Notes: a model not told the origin generated them from the sequence alone. A stretch of 64,000 bases of DNA from an uncultured Acetobacteraceae bacterium (GCA_964236105.1 CAXSBC010000003.1:318135-382134), one strand, 5' to 3'; positions 1-9,451 are shown, counted from the first letter of the stretch. Numbers and translations are program-made.

Positions 1-306
1 CCGCGGATCGCCCGGGCGTTCGACATGGAGATCGCCGATCCGGTGCCGACGCCGCTTGCGACCTACATGGCGGACAAGGGGCCGCTGTGGGCGCGGATGG
101 CCGAGAAGCACGGCCTGCGACACACCGACTACGGCACGCTGGTGTCGTGGCCGTTCGGCGACTTCATCTTCAACAGCGGCTTCGACAACATCAGCAGCAC
201 GATCAAGGCGAGGCAGGCCGGCTTCGGCGCCTGCATCGATACCGAGGACATGTTCACGGGCTTGTTCGAACAGCTCCGGCGCGAGCGGATCATCCCGGCC
301 GCCTGA
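1..306 (+). CDS. SDR / NAD-dependent epimerase-family oxidoreductase, C-terminal fragment (5' end outside window)
   Basis: The frame is open from base 1 to the TGA at 304-306. The tail ...LVSWPFGDFIFNSGFDNISSTIKARQAGFGACIDTEDMFTGLFEQLRRERIIP resembles the conserved C-terminus of PRISE-like SDR proteins. The family call rests on motif memory only. Confidence 0.5.
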   Translation, partial: PRIARAFDMEIADPVPTPLATYMADKGPLWARMAEKHGLRHTDYGTLVSWPFGDFIFNSGFDNISSTIKARQAGFGACIDTEDMFTGLFEQLRRERIIPAA

Positions 307-361
307 CGCGCCGCCAGCGCGATTGCCCAGGGGGCTGCACGAGACGGCGGCATGAGGCGGC

Positions 362-3300
362 TCAGCGGAAGTCCCGCGTCGGCACCTTGATCGGCGGCGT
401 GACGCGATCGCGGCCATGCGCGTCGTCGGACGAGGCGGCGCCGCGCTCCAGGCCGCGCAGCATCGGCGTCAGATCCTCCAGCCGGTCGGCCACCAGATGC
501 ACGACCTCGCCCGTCCGCTGCACCCGCCCGTGGCAGGCGATCAGGCCGGCCGACAGGATCAGGCTGCGCTGGCGCGTGAACAGCGACGGCCAGATCACGA
601 GGTTGCCGATGCCCGCCTCGTCCTCGATGGTCATGAACATCACGCCCTTGGCCGAGCCGGGCTTCTGGCGCACCAGCACGATGCCGGCGACGCCGAGGCG
701 CCGTCCGTCGCGCGCGGTGGCCAGCACGCCGCAGGACAGCAGCGCGCGGGCCTGCAGGGCAGGGCGCAGCAGCGACAGCGGGTGGCGCTTCAGGCTCAGG
801 CCGGTGGTGCGGTAGTCGGCCACCACCTCGCCGCCGTTCCCGAGCGGCGACAGCAGCGTCGCCGGCTCGTTCGCGGTCGCTCCCGGCAGGCGGGCGAACA
901 GCGGCAGCGTCGCCTCGTCCAGCCCGCGCACGATCCAAAGCGCCTCGCGACGCGGCAGGCCCAGCGCGTGGAAGCCGTCCGCCTGCGCGATCTTCTCCAG
1001 GGCCGCGGGCGGCAGGCCGGTGCGCTGGCGCAGATCCTCGATGGAGCGCCAGGGCCCCCCGGTCCGGGGGGCGATCAGCCGATCGGCCTCGGCCTGCGAC
1101 AGGCCGCGCACCATGCGCAGGCCGAGCCGCACGGCGAGATGCGGACCGTCCGCCGGCTCCAGCGTGCAGTCCCAGGCGCTGGCGGCGACACAGACCGGCC
1201 GAACCGGCACGCCGTGCTCGCGCGCATCGCGCACGATCTGTGCCGGCGCATAGAAGCCCATCGGCTGCGCGTTCAGCAGGGCGGCGCAGAACACGTCCGG
1301 GTGGTGGCATTTCATCCAGGCGCTGGCATAGGCGATCTTGGCGAAGCCGGCGGCGTGGCTCTCGGGAAAGCCGTAGGAGCCGAAGCCCTCGATCTGGTTG
1401 AAGGTGCGCTCGGCGAAGGCGCGCTCGAAGCCATGCGCGATCATGCCGTCGATCAGCTTGTCCTTGAACCGGCCGACGCCGCCGGTGACCTTGAAGGTCG
1501 CCATCGAGCGGCGCAGCTGGTCGGCCTCGCCCGGCGTGAAGCCGCCGCAATGGATCGCCACCTGCATCGCCTGTTCCTGGAACAGCGGCACGCCCAGCGT
1601 CTTCTCCAGCACGCGACGCAGGCTGTCCTGGGGATATTCCGGCTTCTCCATCCCGTCGCGCCGGCGCAGATAGGGGTGCACCATGTCGCCCTGGATCGGT
1701 CCCGGCCGGACGATCGCCACCTGAATCACCAGGTCGTAGAGGCAGCGCGGCTTCAGCCTGGGCAGCATCGCCATCTGCGCCCGGCTCTCGATCTGGAAGG
1801 TGCCGAGCGTGTCGGCGCGGCAGATCATGTCGAAGGTGGCCGCGTCCTCGCGCGGGATCCTCGACAGATCGAGCCTGCGGCCGCGATGCAGCGCCAGCAG
1901 GTCGAAGGCGCGTCGCATGCAGCCGAGCATGCCGAGCCCCAGCACGTCGACCTTCATGAACCGCAGCGTGTCGATGTCGTCCTTGTCCCATTCGATCACC
2001 TGCCGGTCGGCCATCGCGGCGGGCTCGATCGGCACCAGGCGGTCGAGGCGGTCGCGGGTCAGTACGAAGCCGCCCGGGTGCTGGCTGAGATGGCGCGGAA
2101 ACCCGATCAGCTCCCTGGCCAGCATCAGCGTCAGGCGCAGCCGGCGATCGGAAACGTTCAGGTTGACCGCGGCCGCCTGGCTCTCGTCGACGCCCTCCTC
2201 GCTCCAGCCCCAGACCTGACCCGCGAGCTGGGCGGTGACGTCCTCAGGCAGGCCCATCACCCGGCCGACCTCGCGCACGGCACCGCGCGAGCGGTAGCGG
2301 GCGACGGTGGCGCACAGGGCGGCGCGGTCGCGGCCGTAGCGCTCGAACACCCACTGGATCACCTCCTCGCGCCGCTCATGCTCGAAATCGACGTCGATGT
2401 CGGGCGGCTCGTGGCGATCGGCGGAGATGAAGCGCTCGAACAGCAGGTTGCTGTCCGCCGGATCGATCGCGGTGATGCCGAGCACGAAGCAGACCGCCGA
2501 GTTGGCGGCCGAGCCGCGCCCCTGGCACAGGATCCCGGCGCCGCGGGCGAAGCGGACGATGGCGTTCACGGTCAGGAAGTAGGGGGCGTAGCGGAGCTGC
2601 CGGATCAGCCCGAGCTCGTGCGCGATCTGTGTGGAGACGTCGGCGGGCGTGCCCTGCGGATACACCACCGGCAGGCGCCCGCGCACCAGCCGTTCCAGAT
2701 CCTCCTGGTCCGACAGGCCGGGAGTCTCGCTTTCCTCCGGATACTGGTAGCTGAGCTCCGACAGGCTGAAGCGGCAGCGGCCGAGGATGGTGCGGGACGC
2801 CGCGAGCGCGTGCGGATGGTCGCGCCCGAACAGCCGCACCATTTCGTCCTCGCTCTTGAGATGGCGGTCGACCGAGCGGGTGCGGCGATAGCCGGCATCG
2901 TCGATGGTGCAGCCCTCGCGGATGCAGGTGATGACGTCGTGCAGGATGCGGCGATCGGGCGCGTGGTAGAGCACGTCGCCGGTCACCACCGTCGGCACGC
3001 CGGCCGTGCGGCACAGCGCCTCGGTGCGGGCCAGCCGCGCGCGATCGTTGGGCCGGCGCTCCAGCGTCAACGCGCACCAGCCGCGCTCGCCGAAGCAGGC
3101 GCGCAGCCGGTCGAGATCGGCGGGCAGGCTGTCGTCCAGCGCCTCCAGCGGCCGCTCCGGCAGCAGGATGGCCAGCAGCCCCTGGCTCAGGCTGGCGAGG
3201 TCCGACCACCACAGCTCGCAGGCGCCCTTGCCGGCACGCGACTTGCCGAGGCTGAGCAGCTGGCAGAGCCTGGCATAGGCCTCGCGATCGGTCGGGTAGA

Positions 3301-3538
3301 GCAGCAGCGACGGCGCGTCGCGCAGGTCGAGCCGGCACCCGACCACCAGCCGGAACCCGAGCTCGGTGACGCGGTGGTGCGCCCGGGCGATCCCCGCCAG
3401 GCTGTTGCGGTCGGTGATCGCGAGCGTGTCCATGCCAAGCTCGCGCGCCTGCAGCAGCAGCTCCTCGACATGGCTGGCGCCGCGCAGGAAGGAGTAGTTG
3501 GTGGTGACCTGAAGCTCGACATACTGCATGCGGATCAT
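362..3538 (-). CDS. dnaE2: Error-prone DNA polymerase DnaE2 (ImuC)
   Basis: ATG at 3538, 1058 aa. The N-terminus MIRMQYVELQVTTNYSFLRGASHVEELL is a PHP domain. DnaE-type blocks follow: GRGSAANSAVCFVLGITAIDP, FERFISADRHEPPDIDVDFEHERREEV, HPGGFVL, FMKVDVLGLGML, IVRPGPIQGDMVHPY. The size and the position after imuA-imuB fit DnaE2 rather than the replicative DnaE. The ORF-track extension to 4912 is R/A/G-rich and was rejected. Confidence 0.9.
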   Translation of the reverse strand: MIRMQYVELQVTTNYSFLRGASHVEELLLQARELGMDTLAITDRNSLAGIARAHHRVTELGFRLVVGCRLDLRDAPSLLLYPTDREAYARLCQLLSLGKSRAGKGACELWWSDLASLSQGLLAILLPERPLEALDDSLPADLDRLRACFGERGWCALTLERRPNDRARLARTEALCRTAGVPTVVTGDVLYHAPDRRILHDVITCIREGCTIDDAGYRRTRSVDRHLKSEDEMVRLFGRDHPHALAASRTILGRCRFSLSELSYQYPEESETPGLSDQEDLERLVRGRLPVVYPQGTPADVSTQIAHELGLIRQLRYAPYFLTVNAIVRFARGAGILCQGRGSAANSAVCFVLGITAIDPADSNLLFERFISADRHEPPDIDVDFEHERREEVIQWVFERYGRDRAALCATVARYRSRGAVREVGRVMGLPEDVTAQLAGQVWGWSEEGVDESQAAAVNLNVSDRRLRLTLMLARELIGFPRHLSQHPGGFVLTRDRLDRLVPIEPAAMADRQVIEWDKDDIDTLRFMKVDVLGLGMLGCMRRAFDLLALHRGRRLDLSRIPREDAATFDMICRADTLGTFQIESRAQMAMLPRLKPRCLYDLVIQVAIVRPGPIQGDMVHPYLRRRDGMEKPEYPQDSLRRVLEKTLGVPLFQEQAMQVAIHCGGFTPGEADQLRRSMATFKVTGGVGRFKDKLIDGMIAHGFERAFAERTFNQIEGFGSYGFPESHAAGFAKIAYASAWMKCHHPDVFCAALLNAQPMGFYAPAQIVRDAREHGVPVRPVCVAASAWDCTLEPADGPHLAVRLGLRMVRGLSQAEADRLIAPRTGGPWRSIEDLRQRTGLPPAALEKIAQADGFHALGLPRREALWIVRGLDEATLPLFARLPGATANEPATLLSPLGNGGEVVADYRTTGLSLKRHPLSLLRPALQARALLSCGVLATARDGRRLGVAGIVLVRQKPGSAKGVMFMTIEDEAGIGNLVIWPSLFTRQRSLILSAGLIACHGRVQRTGEVVHLVADRLEDLTPMLRGLERGAASSDDAHGRDRVTPPIKVPTRDFR

Positions 3539-3624
3539 CCCAGCGCCATTCGATCCAGTGGCTGCGGTATGACATGAACAGGTCTTGAGAAGACATTGAT
3601 CATGCTGGTCTTTTACGACAGGCT

Positions 3625-5232
3625 TCAGAACAGCCCGTGCAGGAACCAGGCAAGATCGCCGGTTTCCCGGCGGGTGCCGTCGCCACGGCGGAACAGCCAG
3701 AAACGCCGACCATCCTCGTCCTCGACCTGGAAGTAGTCGCGCACCGCGAACATCTCGCCGCTGCGCTGCCACCACTCGCCGGCGATCCGTTCCGGCCCGT
3801 CCGCACGGCGCACGTGATGGCGTCGCCGGCGCCAGGTGAAGGAGACCGGCGCGTGATCGGGCAGCCCGGCCAGGGCGAGCACCGGCTGCGGCGGATCGAC
3901 CAGCCGGACCGGTCGCGGCAGGCTTGCCGGCCACCGATCCGCCGGCCCGGGCGCCTGGCCCGGCTTCGGCCTCGTCTCGTCCAGCGGCGGCTGTCGCCTG
4001 ACGCTGCGTTCCGGAACGTCGCTCTGCACCGGAGCCGGACGCCACAGCCGTCCGATGCCAAGCCGGTTCTGCAGCGTGTCGATCAGGGGAGCCAGATCGG
4101 CCAGCCCGTCCCGGCTCGCGCCCGGGCTGCCGCATTGGTGCAGCACCGACTGTTCCGCCGCCGTCGGCTCGGCCAGGCGCGCCACCAGCCAGATCGCCTC
4201 GATGCCGTCGCCCGGATCGACCCGGTCCAGCCGCTCGTCGAGCAGACGGCCGACATGGCGGGCATCGTGCGAGGCACGGGCCAGCGCCACCGCCTGCACG
4301 CAGGACGAGCCGTCCAGGCGGATGAAGACCAGCTCGAGCCGGCGGGCCCCCAGGCACTGCGCCTCCAGCCTCCGGCACAAGGCGGCACCCAGCACCGCGT
4401 TGGCGGCGGCAAGCGACTCCGCCGTCAGCAGCGGCTCGGTGAAGGCGAGCCGTTCCTGCAGCGTCACCGGCGGCAGCTCGGGACGGACCGGCTCGAACAC
4501 GCGGCCGAGCGCCTGGTCCAGGCGCAGCGCCACGCCCGGCCCGAGCCGTCGGGTCAGCGGGCCGCGCGGAACCGCGTCGAGCTCGGCGATGCTGCGCAGC
4601 CCGAACCGGTGCAGCAGGGTGACCTGCCCGGCATCGAGCCGCAGCGCCTCGACGGGAAGCGGCGCCAGGGCCGCCCGCGTGTCGGCCGACGCCACCCGGT
4701 CGAGCCGGCGGGCCCCGTGCCGGGCGAGGGCGTGCGCAGCGCCCGGCGTCGCGGCGACGGCGATGCGGGCGGACAGGCCGGTCCGCTTCAGGCGCGCCGC
4801 CAGATCCGACAGCAGGGCGATCTCGCCGCCGAACAGATGCGCGCAGCCGGACAGGTCGAGCCAGACCTCGTCCGGCGGCTCGGCACGGGTGAGCGGCGTG
4901 TAGCGCAGGCACCAGGCCGCGAGGGCCGCCAGCTCCTGCGCATCCTGTCGGGGGCTGGCGGGGATGACGGCCAGATCCGGCACCATCGCCTGGGCGTGGG
5001 CGAGCTTCATTCCGGCCTGCAGCCCGAGCCGCCGCGCCCTGACGCAGGCGGCCGAGACGATCATACGCGGGCCGTCCTGGATGGAGGTGACCAGCGGACG
5101 CGCGTCCGGCGCCGCCGGATCAGCCGTGCCGGCCCCCGGGCCGGGCCTGCGCCTGAGCCGGTCCGTCTGCCAGCAGGGCAGCCAGAGACAGGCGATCCTC
5201 CGCGACGGCGTCGGCGAGATGACCTTGGGCAT
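3625..5232 (-). CDS. imuB: Y-family polymerase-like protein ImuB
   Basis: ATG at 5232, 535 aa. The N-terminus ...RRIACLWLPCWQTDRLRRR and the core ...VWLDLSGCAHLFGGE... are typical of ImuB. It is the middle gene of the imuA-imuB-dnaE2 order. No alternative start lies downstream of the conserved LWLP..TDRL block. Confidence 0.8.
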   Translation of the reverse strand: MPKVISPTPSRRIACLWLPCWQTDRLRRRPGPGAGTADPAAPDARPLVTSIQDGPRMIVSAACVRARRLGLQAGMKLAHAQAMVPDLAVIPASPRQDAQELAALAAWCLRYTPLTRAEPPDEVWLDLSGCAHLFGGEIALLSDLAARLKRTGLSARIAVAATPGAAHALARHGARRLDRVASADTRAALAPLPVEALRLDAGQVTLLHRFGLRSIAELDAVPRGPLTRRLGPGVALRLDQALGRVFEPVRPELPPVTLQERLAFTEPLLTAESLAAANAVLGAALCRRLEAQCLGARRLELVFIRLDGSSCVQAVALARASHDARHVGRLLDERLDRVDPGDGIEAIWLVARLAEPTAAEQSVLHQCGSPGASRDGLADLAPLIDTLQNRLGIGRLWRPAPVQSDVPERSVRRQPPLDETRPKPGQAPGPADRWPASLPRPVRLVDPPQPVLALAGLPDHAPVSFTWRRRRHHVRRADGPERIAGEWWQRSGEMFAVRDYFQVEDEDGRRFWLFRRGDGTRRETGDLAWFLHGLF

Positions 5233-5944
5233 CGGAAGCCTGCACCATCCAGTGGAAAGGGAATGCCGCCTCGCGGCAGCGCAGCAGCTCGAGCCGCCAA
5301 AGGGCGCGTCCGGGCGGCAGGTCGAAGGATCGCGCCGGTGTCGGCTGCGGGAGTGCCGCCACCCGCCACCGGCTGACCGCGGCACTCGCTTCCAGCAGGA
5401 CCGGGTCGTCGAAGCGCCGGCTGCGTCGGATCGCAAACGCGGTGACGCCGGAGGAGGCCGCCGCGAGCTGCAGGCGGCGCGACGCCGTCAGGCCAAGCCT
5501 GCCCTCCACTTCGCCGACCACCGCGACCAGGCCGGGATGACGCAGCGCCTCCTCCATCACGGCCAGCACGGCGTCGCCGCATTCGGCGAGAATGAGACGG
5601 TGCGGATGCAGGCCGACCGCCGCGAGGCCCGGCGCGAACAGGTCGCGGCCCTGCATCGCCCACAGCACCTGCCGGGTCGGATCGAGGCCAGCCAGCAGCC
5701 CGCCGATCAGCAGGCTGGCGACGGTGCCGTGCTCGGTATCCGGACCTTGCCCCAGCACCTCGTGCAGGGCGCCGGCGGGCAGGCCGCCGCAGGGCAGCCT
5801 GCTGTCGATCGCCTGCAGGCCGAAACGGATGCCGGCCTTGTGCGCGACAGGCGATGCCAGGCCGCCCAGCCGGCCGATCCGGGCCCGCAGCGCCTCGATC
5901 GTCTTCGTTTGGCTGTGCGGACTGCTCTCCACGATTCGCTCCAT
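5120..5944 (-). CDS. imuA: SOS cell-division-inhibitor/RecA-like protein ImuA
   Basis: ATG at 5944 (MERIVESSPHSQTKTIEALRARI...), 274 aa. The block ...LPCGGLPAGALHEVLG... is typical of ImuA. It is the first gene of the cassette, with a LexA box immediately upstream. It overlaps imuB by 113 nt. Confidence 0.75.
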   Translation of the reverse strand: MERIVESSPHSQTKTIEALRARIGRLGGLASPVAHKAGIRFGLQAIDSRLPCGGLPAGALHEVLGQGPDTEHGTVASLLIGGLLAGLDPTRQVLWAMQGRDLFAPGLAAVGLHPHRLILAECGDAVLAVMEEALRHPGLVAVVGEVEGRLGLTASRRLQLAAASSGVTAFAIRRSRRFDDPVLLEASAAVSRWRVAALPQPTPARSFDLPPGRALWRLELLRCREAAFPFHWMVQASDAQGHLADAVAEDRLSLAALLADGPAQAQARPGGRHG

Positions 5945-5960
5945 CGTATGTCGACGATGA

Positions 5961-5975
5961 GAACGTATAGGGAAC
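5961..5975 (-). promoter_or_regulatory. LexA (SOS) box, alphaproteobacterial type
   Basis: The + strand reads GAACGTATAGGGAAC, which is GTTCCCTATACGTTC on the coding strand. This is an exact GTTC-N7-GTTC direct repeat. It lies 16 nt upstream of the imuA ATG at 5944. Confidence 0.7.
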
Positions 5976-6142
5976 AAACTGTTTCTGAGGGAAGTCCGCA
6001 GATGCGGTGGCTGCGAACGACGAGAGCAGTGCCTGTTCAGAGGCTGATGCAGCAGCGTCCGCTAGGCCGCTGACTATACGATAGTGCTACCGATGCAACG
6101 GCCTTGCCGTCTGGCTTAATGTGTAGGCGTAAAGCCCTGATT

Positions 6143-6985
6143 TCACTGATCTATGCTGCCGTTCAACCGATTTCTGAGCAGAAGCCCGTCGGCGCTTGCG
6201 GGATCGATCAGGCCGCGGCGCAGGAACAGGTCGATCAGCACCAGGTTCACGTTGAACTTGAACTGGTCGGTATCGCGCACGAGGCGCAGCGCTTCCTCCA
6301 GCGCGATCAGCGTGAACGCCACGACCTCGCCATCGGCGGGCACCGGCTGGAAGCTGTCCGGCAGCACGAGGTCGAAGCAGTGCAGCCGGTCCCGGCGCAG
6401 GCCTTCCGGCCGGCTCATGGCATAGGCGATCATGCCGACCGGCACCGCCGCACGGGCGAGTTCCGGCGGCAGGCTGCACTCCTCGGCGCCCTCCTTTTCC
6501 AGCGTGCGCAGGGCGTCGTAGCCCGCCGGCACCCCGCCCGCGACCAGATGGTCCAGCTTGTCCGGATCGAGCAGCTTATCCGGCGCCCGGCGTCCGATCC
6601 ACAGATGCGTGCCGTCCGCGCGCTCGACGAGGCCGTTCAGGTGCACGCCGTCCGCCAGGATGCCGAAGCCCGGCAGCCCGCCGCGATCCAGCCTGGCCAG
6701 CACCGGCCCGTCCGGCTCGGCCCGCACGTCGAACGCCTCCGAGCGGAAGCGGAACAGCCCGGCCTGCGCCAGCTCCTGCCCGAGCGGCTCCAGCCGCAGC
6801 GGATCCTCCAGCACGAGCCGGTTGCCGTCATGGCGCACCCCGCGTCGCTCCAGCTCGAGCGCCAGTGCCGGCGCGATCCAGCCGACCTGGTGGTCGCCGA
6901 GCAGGAAGGGGAAGCGGCCGCCGGGCAGGCGGGCGTTGTTGCAGGCGTCGACGTGGCGCAGGAACGGGGCGATCGGACTGGTCAT
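6143..6985 (-). CDS. Nudix hydrolase family protein (DUF4743-like)
   Basis: ATG at 6985 (MTSPIAPFLRHVDACNN...), 280 aa. It carries a degenerate Nudix box, GGVPAGYDALRTLEKEGAEECSL. The longer ORF-track start at 7132 would run into the divergent ABC gene. Confidence 0.6.
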   Translation of the reverse strand: MTSPIAPFLRHVDACNNARLPGGRFPFLLGDHQVGWIAPALALELERRGVRHDGNRLVLEDPLRLEPLGQELAQAGLFRFRSEAFDVRAEPDGPVLARLDRGGLPGFGILADGVHLNGLVERADGTHLWIGRRAPDKLLDPDKLDHLVAGGVPAGYDALRTLEKEGAEECSLPPELARAAVPVGMIAYAMSRPEGLRRDRLHCFDLVLPDSFQPVPADGEVVAFTLIALEEALRLVRDTDQFKFNVNLVLIDLFLRRGLIDPASADGLLLRNRLNGSIDQ

Positions 6986-7068
6986 GCGGCACCGTCCGCC
7001 AGCAGGCCCCGGCTTGGCAATCGGTCGATGTGCTTTGCAATCGATATCCTGCATGCCACATCCGGCTG

Positions 7069-8946
7069 ATGAGAGATTTCGCCCCGTCCAAGCCGGCGCC
7101 GCCGTCCGATCCGGCATCGCGACAGACCGCACTGGAAACGGTGCGCGGCCTGCTGCCCTATCTCTGGCCGCGCGGCGACATCCGCACGCGTCTGCACGTC
7201 GTCGGCGCCATCGTGCTGCTGATCGCGGCCAAGGTGGCGACGATCTGCGTGCCGATCGTCTATGCCCGCGCGATCGACCGGCTGTCGCACCGCGATCCCA
7301 CCCACATGCTGGTGGTGCCGATCGGGCTGATCGTCGGCTACGGGCTGCTGCGCATCGCCTCGGGCGCCTTCGGGGAGCTGCGCGACGCGGTGTTCTCGCC
7401 GGTCAAGCAGCGGGTGATCCGGGTGGCGGCGATGCAGACCTTCGGCCACCTGCACCGGCTGTCGCTGCGCTTCCATCTCGACCGCCAGACCGGCGGCGTG
7501 ACCCGGGCGGTCGAGCGCGGCACCCAGGCGATCGAGCTGATCCTGCGCCTGGGGGTGTTCAACATCGTGCCGACGCTGATCGAGACGCTGATGGTCACGG
7601 GCGTGATCTGGGCGCTGTTCGACTGGCGTTTCGCGATGGCGACGCTGCTGACGGTGGTGGTGTATGTCGGCTTCACCATCGCCTTCACCGGCTGGCGCAT
7701 CGGCATCCGCCGCCGCATGAACGAGGTCGAGAGCGAGGCCAGCACCAAGGCGCTGGACAGCCTGCTCAACTACGAGACGGTCAAGTATTTCGGCAACGAG
7801 GCCCACGAGGCCAGGCGCTACGACGACACCCAGAGCCGCTACGAGCGCGCCGCGGTGAAGACCCAGGTCTCGCTCAACCTGCTCAATATCGGCCAGGCCA
7901 CGATCATCGCCGTGGCGCTCGCCGCCATCATGCTCATGGCGGCCCAGGGGGTGGCGGCGGGCCGCCTCACGGTCGGCAAGTTCGTGCTGGTGAACACCTA
8001 TCTGATGCAGCTCTACACGCCGCTGAACTTCCTGGGCTTCGTGTATGCGTCGCTGCGTCAGGGCGTGGTGGATCTGGAGCAGATGTTCCGGCTGCTGGGC
8101 CAGAGCCAGGAGGTGCGTGACGCGGCCGACGCGCGGCCCTTGCCCGGCCGGCTCGAGGATGCGCCGCCGGCCGAGGTGCGGTTCGAGGCGGTGCATTTCG
8201 GCTACCAGCCGAACCGCGAGATCCTGCACGGGGTGAGCTTCGCGATCCGGCCGGGCGGCCGCACCGCGATCGTGGGACCCACCGGTGCCGGCAAGTCGAC
8301 CATCAGCCGGCTGCTGTTCCGCTTCTACGACGTCGATACCGGCCGGGTGATGCTCGACGGCCGCGACGTGCGCGACTACGCCCAGGACAGCCTGCGCGCC
8401 GCCATCGGCGTGGTGCCGCAGGACACGGTGCTGTTCAACGACACCATCCGCTACAACATCGCCTATGGCCGCATCGGCGCCTCCCAGGCCGAGATCGAGC
8501 ACGCGGCCCGGCTGGCGCAGGTGCACGACTTCGTTGCCGGCCTGCCGGACGGCTACGATACCCGCGTCGGCGAGCGCGGCCTGAAGCTGTCGGGGGGCGA
8601 GAAGCAGCGCGTGGCGATCGCGCGCACCATCCTCAAGAATCCGCGCATGCTGATCCTGGACGAGGCCACCAGCGCGCTCGACACCCACACCGAGCAGGAG
8701 ATCCAGTCGGCGCTGCGCACGGTCGCCGCCGACCGCACCACGCTGGTGATCGCCCATCGCCTGTCGACGGTGGTGGATGCCGACGAGATCCTCGTGCTGG
8801 TGGGCGGGCTGATCGCCGAGCGTGGCACGCACCGCGCGCTGCTGGGGCAGGGCGGCGTCTATGCGCGGATGTGGGCGGCGCAGTCGGAGGAGGATTCGGG
8901 TCTGCCGCTGCTGCCCGAGCGGGTGCAGGCCGAACTGGCCGATTGA
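7069..8946 (+). CDS. ATM1/AtmA-type ABC exporter (fused permease-ATPase)
   Basis: ATG at 7069 (MRDFAPSKPAP...), 625 aa. An N-terminal multi-helix exporter domain is followed by an NBD with Walker A GPTGAGKST, signature LSGGEKQRVAIAR and Walker B MLILDEATSALD. Confidence 0.85.
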   Translation: MRDFAPSKPAPPSDPASRQTALETVRGLLPYLWPRGDIRTRLHVVGAIVLLIAAKVATICVPIVYARAIDRLSHRDPTHMLVVPIGLIVGYGLLRIASGAFGELRDAVFSPVKQRVIRVAAMQTFGHLHRLSLRFHLDRQTGGVTRAVERGTQAIELILRLGVFNIVPTLIETLMVTGVIWALFDWRFAMATLLTVVVYVGFTIAFTGWRIGIRRRMNEVESEASTKALDSLLNYETVKYFGNEAHEARRYDDTQSRYERAAVKTQVSLNLLNIGQATIIAVALAAIMLMAAQGVAAGRLTVGKFVLVNTYLMQLYTPLNFLGFVYASLRQGVVDLEQMFRLLGQSQEVRDAADARPLPGRLEDAPPAEVRFEAVHFGYQPNREILHGVSFAIRPGGRTAIVGPTGAGKSTISRLLFRFYDVDTGRVMLDGRDVRDYAQDSLRAAIGVVPQDTVLFNDTIRYNIAYGRIGASQAEIEHAARLAQVHDFVAGLPDGYDTRVGERGLKLSGGEKQRVAIARTILKNPRMLILDEATSALDTHTEQEIQSALRTVAADRTTLVIAHRLSTVVDADEILVLVGGLIAERGTHRALLGQGGVYARMWAAQSEEDSGLPLLPERVQAELAD

Positions 8947-9008
8947 CCGCATGGGTCCTGGCGGCCCTGCCGGGGGCGGCCCATGTGTGCCGCATGAGGG
9001 AGAACGAG

Positions 9009-9290
9009 ATGAGCTTCGATCCGAAGGGCGAGCAGACGCTGGGTCAGGACGGGTCGGTTCCGTCGGAGCTGAGCCACGCGGGCGCCGTGGTCGACAAGTC
9101 GATCGAATACATGCTGGGCGAGAGCCTGCCGCCGCTGGCGATCGCGTCGGCGCTGCTGGGCGGCTCGCTCGGCCTGCTGGCGCGCACGATGGACCGCGGC
9201 GCGATGGTCAGGATGCTGGAGAACGCGATCGCCAGCGTGAAGGCGGGCGAGCTCGATCCCGCCCGCGACCGCGAGTTGGGACGCTCCTGA
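9009..9290 (+). CDS. Hypothetical small protein (93 aa)
   Basis: ATG at 9009 is preceded by GGGAGAA. The product MSFDPKGEQTLGQDGSV...AIASALLGGSLGLLARTM...KAGELDPARDRELGRS has ordinary composition, unlike the antisense artefact ORFs. No family was recognised. Confidence 0.4.
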   Translation: MSFDPKGEQTLGQDGSVPSELSHAGAVVDKSIEYMLGESLPPLAIASALLGGSLGLLARTMDRGAMVRMLENAIASVKAGELDPARDRELGRS

Positions 9291-9323
9291 CGCGGCCGCG
9301 GGCGGCGGGTGCCAAGTGAGCGC

Positions 9324-9352
9324 TTGACGGATCATGCCGGCTTGGCGATAAG
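9324..9352 (+). promoter_or_regulatory. Candidate sigma70-type promoter for rpmB
   Basis: TTGACG at 9324-9329, a 17-nt spacer, then GATAAG at 9347-9352. It lies about 100 nt upstream of rpmB. Pattern match only. Confidence 0.3.
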
Positions 9353-9451
9353 CCGCGCCTCCATGAGACGTGACGCCGGACCGGGTGCGCCGGCGTCTTG
9401 CTGTTCGTCTCCGGCTCGGCCGGAGGCTCTGCGACCCTGAGGATCAAGACG

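Noticed and set aside
416-3577. Very long ORFs antisense to, or out of frame with, recognisable genes. Examples: 416-3577 +, 129-1991 -, 9504-12260 -, 12778-14829 -, 18584-21664 -, 33249-35927 -, 35608-38811 -, 39778-43845 -, 54193-56196 -.
   Set aside because: Their translations are monotonous R/A/G/P/H-rich strings with no motifs. Each lies over a gene with unmistakable conserved motifs (dnaE2, EF-G, ppc-like, GH15, tig, clpX/lon, nuoL). Stop codons are AT-rich, so such open frames are expected by chance in DNA this GC-rich.
5945-5977. A longer imuA start at ATG 5977 (MFPIRSHRRHTMERIV...).
   Set aside because: That ATG lies 2 nt upstream of the LexA box, so the box would be entirely within the coding sequence rather than in the operator region. 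The ATG at 5944 leaves the box immediately upstream.
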